Shown here one piece after another: positions 62,325 to 64,000 of a stretch of DNA of 64,000 bases (the stretch's first letter is position 1; each line of letters begins with the position of its first letter). Where the stretch lies: the NCBI GenBank assembly GCA_035457005.1, contig DATICB010000001.1, forward strand, positions 3,246 to 67,245, written 5' to 3'. The notes under the pieces were generated by a model. It did not search any database. It was not told the DNA's origin and worked only from the letters and a program-made list of their open reading frames with translations. A program made the position numbers and the translations under genes. This DNA is from Patescibacteria group bacterium (GTDB lineage Bacteria; Patescibacteriota; Microgenomatia; Levybacterales; UBA12049).

Positions 62325-63328
62325 ATATATTAATATCCAGAACGCAAATTATTTTATATATTGCAATTTTTGCCGTTTCGTCATGGATTTTAATTCATGT
62401 CCTTAGTCTTCTTGGCGTTTTCTTAGCTCTGGCGTATCCTATTTGGTGGTTTTTTGCACCAAGACAAACAGTATGTCTTTTTTGTAGATCACGGGCAAAT
62501 GGTCAGATATGTCCACTGTGTCATCGAGTTATTTCCAAAACAGACAGTATGTCTCCCAAAACATTCTTCTCCGCACTTTTTAATGGTGGCATACTTTTTG
62601 CATTTTCTCTTGTGAGTATTGCGATTGTTGTTGTAGAAAGTCAATTTCTACATTTCTTAGGATTTCCACCAGCAAAAGCATCTGTCTCTTTTACTATTCC
62701 AACAGCAAATACGTATCGATTAGGTGAAATATTTCCTATGAAGTTGGCAATAAGCGGTGTAGATGTTCCAGTGAACACAGTCCAGGCAGATATTGCATAT
62801 GATCCACAAAAACTAGAAATTGTGAATATCTCAACAGAAAATTCTTTCGCAACCATTTTTATCCAAAAAGAAATTAATAATACTGTTGGATATGCACGAC
62901 TTACCGGTGGTCTTCCTAATCCCGGATTTTCGGGGAAAGATGGACTGTTTGGAACAGTGTACTTTAAAAGTAAACAGCCTGGCGTAACAGATGTGCGGTT
63001 TTTGCCAACAACTATGGTTTTGGCAAATGATGGGAAGGGAAGTGATGTCTTGAAAAATTTTGGGACTATTTCATACTTGGTCTTGCCAGAAAAAATATCT
63101 GATGCAGAGCAAGCGCAAGAAAATGGAAAAAATAACGTGCTTGGCGCAAGCACTAGTGGAACACAAATGATTTTCTACACAGACGAAGATGTTTTGGGAA
63201 GTAAAACAGCCGCGAAAGACAGTCTGCAGGTCAATTCATCCAAGCAATCCACTCCGGGATTTTTTGACGTTTTAGGATATGTGGACGGATTTATTGTTTC
63301 GGTTTGGCAAAAAGTACTGCATGTGTGA
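62321..63328 (+). CDS. membrane protein with Zn-ribbon-like CxxC pairs and a cohesin-like domain
   Basis: VQADIAYDPQKLEIV cohesin YDP..L motif; paralogous to 4289-4894. Confidence 0.55.
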   Translation: MNILISRTQIILYIAIFAVSSWILIHVLSLLGVFLALAYPIWWFFAPRQTVCLFCRSRANGQICPLCHRVISKTDSMSPKTFFSALFNGGILFAFSLVSIAIVVVESQFLHFLGFPPAKASVSFTIPTANTYRLGEIFPMKLAISGVDVPVNTVQADIAYDPQKLEIVNISTENSFATIFIQKEINNTVGYARLTGGLPNPGFSGKDGLFGTVYFKSKQPGVTDVRFLPTTMVLANDGKGSDVLKNFGTISYLVLPEKISDAEQAQENGKNNVLGASTSGTQMIFYTDEDVLGSKTAAKDSLQVNSSKQSTPGFFDVLGYVDGFIVSVWQKVLHV

Positions 63329-63391
63329 TAGACCTAGTTTTATTTTTTATTTCCTAATCTCACTAGTTATTTGTAATGAGAAAAGCGAGAG

Positions 63392-63817
63392 TTATGCTTT
63401 TGGTTGTCTTGGAGCAGGTTGGAGCATGCCGACATGATTGCCTTCAGTGTCGACAAAACTAACATATTTGCCAATTCCGGGAATATCATCAACTGTTCCA
63501 GGTCCTTTTGATCCACCTAATATTTTTCCGCGTGCTTCTTCTACCTTTTTTATGGAAGCATCGATATTGTCCACAGAAATTACTAAATGAGGGACGTCAA
63601 ATCCTTCTTTGTCTTGAAAATCAAAAAATCCTCCATTAATGGTTCCGGGGGTTTTGACCATATTATTTTCATCAACCTCGGAAGTTCCGGCGAGTAAATA
63701 ATTGGACATATCCTGACCAAGCATGCTCATTTTCCAGTCAAATGCTTTGGAATAAAAATCCGAGACTCTTTTTTTATCTTTTGCAGGCATTTCGAAATGT
63801 ACAACAGGGTCTGACAT
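63392..63817 (-). CDS. VOC (glyoxalase/bleomycin-resistance) family protein
   Basis: Two beta-alpha-beta-beta-beta modules; HFEMPAKD, GGFFDFQD, HLVISVDNID. Confidence 0.6.
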   Translation of the reverse strand: MSDPVVHFEMPAKDKKRVSDFYSKAFDWKMSMLGQDMSNYLLAGTSEVDENNMVKTPGTINGGFFDFQDKEGFDVPHLVISVDNIDASIKKVEEARGKILGGSKGPGTVDDIPGIGKYVSFVDTEGNHVGMLQPAPRQPKA

Positions 63818-64000
63818 GATTTAGTTATAGATTGTTTGTCATAAATAGTCAATCGCTTTCTTTCCTTACTTTATTTTCAGTAACTACTTTACGAATTTTT
63901 ACAATTAGTGCTATCATACATGTATGAAGGCCGTACAAATTAATTCTTATGGCAAGCCGGATGTTATTAAAGTAAACAACGTAGACGTCCCAAAGCTTAC

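Overview
This is a low-GC (roughly 38-40% by eye) bacterial chromosomal segment. Genes are short and tightly packed, and there are many signal-anchored small proteins, cohesin-like domains, a four-helix-bundle protein and no pyrH between tsf and frr; this style is typical of Candidate Phyla Radiation (Patescibacteria) genomes, but that assignment is inference only. Recognisable housekeeping content: tRNA-Cys and tRNA-Ile; dcd-dcd-cupin-thyA ... folA; a minus-strand purine-salvage block (PNP, phosphoribosyltransferase, LOG, Crp regulator) next to a 782-aa RdgB/Ham1 ITPase::IMPDH-like fusion; glyA; a PLD-family protein; rpsB-tsf-frr-(4-helix-bundle)-rseP; the oxidative pentose-phosphate genes pgl-zwf ... 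gnd; proS behind a T-box leader; DHH phosphoesterase and HIT; rpsU-ybeY-dnaX-ybaB-prs-recR; nadD-nadE; cysS; a metallophosphoesterase; an FMN-binding protein / ApbE / membrane FAD-NAD(P) oxidoreductase trio; MFS, EamA and TMEM175-like transporters; two surface-protein clusters with adjacent dockerin-like and cohesin-like proteins. The most unusual signals are listed here. (1) A family of short hairpin/palindromic repeat units sits IN FRAME, without stop codons, inside thyA, folA, nadD, nadE, recR and probably gnd, and also between genes. The family is recognised by GTCATTGCGAG...CTCGCAATGAC termini and by GTCATCCTGAG..GCGAAGGATC units, which share the loop GAGCRAAGCGAA and differ by covarying stems. 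(2) A rearranged tRNA locus: a tRNA-like gene with an abnormally short anticodon arm is partly duplicated around a GIY-YIG gene and an intact tRNA-Ile. (3) A conserved two-hairpin 5' leader with compensatory base changes, followed by GGGGAGGTGAA, precedes three genes (rpsU, ybaB and one hypothetical). (4) An attenuator-like leader-peptide / three-overlapping-hairpin arrangement downstream of zwf. (5) Three tandem paralogous ~80-aa Cys4 proteins on a GC-rich islet. All functional calls come from motif recognition by eye; no database search was possible.
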